Assembly: GCF_026571515.1 (NCBI RefSeq) | Contig: NW_026852812.1 | Coordinates: forward strand, 254,256 to 265,248 | Length of the DNA stretch: 10,993 nt | Reading direction: 5' to 3' | From: Ruditapes philippinarum | Taxonomy: Eukaryota | Part shown: piece by piece, positions 9,074-10,993 of the stretch | Numbering within the stretch: position 1 is the first letter of the stretch | Layout of the letters: every line of letters starts with the position of its first letter | Program-made: the position numbers and the translations under genes | The notes under the pieces: model-generated | Told to the model about the DNA's origin: nothing | Seen by the model: only the letters and a program-made list of their open reading frames with translations | The model's database searches: none

Positions 9074-9201
9074 CTTGAGATATCTTTCTCTGTAAGGTCT
9101 GGATGTATGGAGGCTATATAAATTCTATTGTAGTTTTTAGCTTCTGAAGCAATCTGCTCTATAATAGGCTGTGCTTGCGGCATATTGCTAGGTCGACCAA
9201 C
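9074..9201 (-). CDS. PUF60: PUF60-like coding exon (inter-RRM linker and start of RRM2, RNP2 IYIASI)
   Basis: Translation [42 protein letters not shown]. Human has [42 protein letters not shown]. Acceptor gtttacag|GTT, donor AG|gtgagtta. 128 nt, phase 0 to phase 2. Confidence 0.9.
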
Positions 9202-9763
9202 CTGTAAACAATAACAATAAATTCATGACAATCTATAACCCTTGACTCATTTCTTATTTACTTGTATCTACGGGTTAAGATGTTGTTTAGGATATCTTGG
9301 GTTTTACAAAAGTTTTCATTCTGTATAAACTTCTGTATAAAGTGAGCCTGCGGCAAGATTTATAACATCTCTGAACCAAGATTGAAGAAATGACAACTTA
9401 TATAAGATGTGTTTATCAAAGGATATTATTATTTAGTCAAACAGTTAAATTACAGCAAAATCATTGTGATGACCTATTTTTTTTTTATAAAATGTCAACA
9501 ATTGAATAAACAAATGTTTGATGACCTCATCACTTTTACATTAATTTTGTGAAATATGAAAAAAAAAACAAGTGATGATTATATTGCAAAATAAACGGGT
9601 CATAATTGCCCTAAATTGCTCACCTCTGATCATTGATAAGAAAAGTCATAATATCTTCAAAGCAAGGAGTCAGGTGAGCTAAAAACATATTTTATCCATA
9701 GGAAATAGACGTAACAATCTCCCTTTAGAAATAATCAAGTCTCAATAAATTAGTAAATCTTAC

Positions 9764-9977
9764 CTTTATATTTCTGCCACCAATCATTACACCATTCATC
9801 TGTTCCAGTGACAACTGAGCAGCCTCTGGTATATCATACTCTATGAATGCAAACCCCTTGTGTTTGTTTGTAATGGGATCCCATGACAGGTTCACACTTT
9901 TGATAGGACCAAATGGCAGGAACGCTTGTTTTATAGTGTCTTCTTTTATTTCAAAGTTTATACTTCCAACATATATT
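9764..9977 (-). CDS. PUF60: PUF60-like coding exon encoding RRM1 (RNP2 IYVGSI and RNP1 KGFAFIEY)
   Basis: Translation (R)[71 protein letters not shown]. Human PUF60 has [72 protein letters not shown]. Acceptor ttttcag|A, donor AAG|gtaag. 214 nt = 1 + 71 codons. Confidence 0.9.
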
Positions 9978-10544
9978 CTGAAAATATAATAAAGAAGAAA
10001 GATGGATTATAAAGTGACACATATTCAGTTAGTTTGATTGTTTTGATTGATTTGAAGTTACACTGGCACTGTCATGATCCTATGGCACCTTCCAGCTTTA
10101 CTGATGAATGAAGACCTCAGGTGTCCCTTCCTGCTTTATTTACAGCACAAACAGGCATCTAAGTAGAACCACCAACCTTCCATAACTAGATAGCTTCCTC
10201 ACTTAAAAGAATCCAAAGTCTCTCACAGGAGATTTACAGTATTCAAGACAAGGTACAAAAGTAAATTATGCTTGAAATACTGCAGTCAGAAAATGTTTAG
10301 AAAAGACGTTACTTATTATGATACTTGCAACTTTGAATGAAATATTATAATTTATAAGTCGTATGATAAATTTTATTTCTCCTACCAGAGCTCTGTGCAA
10401 CATAAATAGATCCTGGCCAGCTTGCAAACCAATATTGACAAACCAGCTTCTAGTTGCTAAATATTTTAGTCCTCAAATAGCAAAATCATTAAAACCAACA
10501 ATTGTATGGCAAGTCCATTATAAAAGAAAGGGTGGAAAGTTTAC

Positions 10545-10603
10545 CTGCACATAAGAGCCAAAGCCTGTTGTCTTTGTACTGTGTTCTGGAAATTCTGCAT
10601 TTG
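10545..10603 (-). CDS. PUF60: PUF60-like splicing factor, coding exon (pre-RRM1 segment, ...QMQNFQNTVQRQQALALMCR)
   Basis: Minus-strand translation QMQNFQNTVQRQQALALMC(R) aligns to human PUF60 ...QSMAAQRQRALAIMCR just before RRM1. Acceptor tatttcag|CAA, donor AG|gtaaac. The 59-nt length leaves phase 2, which the next exon completes to AGA = R. Confidence 0.7.
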
Positions 10604-10797
10604 CTGAAATATAAATGTAACAAAGTTATGTTTCATGTAAAATTTGTGACCTATTTTCTATTGTCATTAACACAGACTTACTTCATGTGCCCTTCACTAC
10701 TTTTCATGGTGATTTATATGTGAAACAGGTTTTTGCAACTTACAATGACCAAATTTCAACACTTTCATGTCCACATCCATGTGATAAAAAACTTGTT

Positions 10798-10812
10798 CCC
10801 CCCCCCCCCCCC
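10798..10812. repeat. C15 homopolymer (G15 on the gene strand), intronic
   Basis: ttcccccccccccccccggtg was read directly. It gives the PPPPP runs in the plus-strand ORF track. Confidence 0.95.
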
Positions 10813-10993
10813 GGTGCGCAATCTCACAACTCCACCTTTTTTTGGGATGATCCCATTATTCTGCCATCTTTTTGGTTTTAAACATATTTATTCAAGCTTG
10901 ATTGCGAAACAAGTTCTTGCAACTTATATTATTATATTATTCACTCGAGCTCTCTTCCTGGAACCAACCAGTACTGGTGTCATATGAAGAAAC

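Noticed and set aside
9460-9590. Possible intronic box C/D snoRNA (GTGATGA C-box-like motifs at about 9465, 9521 and 9573, and the TGATGAcctcatca near-palindrome at 9521-9536)
   Set aside because: No CTGA D box at the expected distance on either strand. No terminal stem pairing the ends. Long T and A homopolymers interrupt the candidate. The motifs are most likely chance in AT-rich sequence.
10687-10987. Plus-strand ORFs with PPPPP runs
   Set aside because: The proline runs are the C15 homopolymer. The region is intronic to the minus-strand gene, and there is no supporting homology.
1-10993. Prokaryotic-style content (operons, defence systems, CRISPR arrays, IS elements) suggested by the task framing
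   Set aside because: Every strong signal is eukaryotic: split exons with GT-AG introns encoding a metazoan splicing factor, microsatellites, satellites and a SINE-like element. No direct-repeat/spacer architecture exists. The only regular arrays (20-bp and 71-bp units) have no unique spacers between the repeats. No long uninterrupted ORFs are present.

Overview
This window is eukaryotic (metazoan, probably invertebrate) nuclear DNA. It is AT-rich with short exons and GT...AG introns, and has no prokaryotic operon structure, so the six-frame ORF track is mostly uninformative. Most of the window (about 2.95-10.99 kb) is one minus-strand gene, an ortholog of the splicing factor PUF60 (poly(U)-binding splicing factor 60 / Drosophila half pint). 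I reconstructed 10 coding exons by reading the minus strand: all have canonical splice sites, intron phases agree across every junction, and they end at a TGA stop at 3124-3126. Together they encode 484 aa covering RRM1, RRM2, the Ala/Pro-rich linker, an E/K-rich segment and the C-terminal UHM (RRM3) domain. About 80-100 N-terminal residues and the promoter must lie beyond coordinate 10993. The introns and the 3' flank are full of repeats. These include a 71-bp tandem repeat that triplicates the 5' splice site of one exon, and a 20-bp satellite about 2 kb downstream of the gene whose unit contains a 10-bp perfect palindrome. There is a second 20-bp minisatellite in an intron. A short dispersed repeat occurs three times, always antisense to the gene. 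A tRNA-derived SINE-like fragment has a (GTTT)n tail. The window also holds (AC)n and C15 tracts and several hairpins. I found no defence-system, CRISPR or other prokaryotic content. The interesting material is the gene structure and the repeat landscape.
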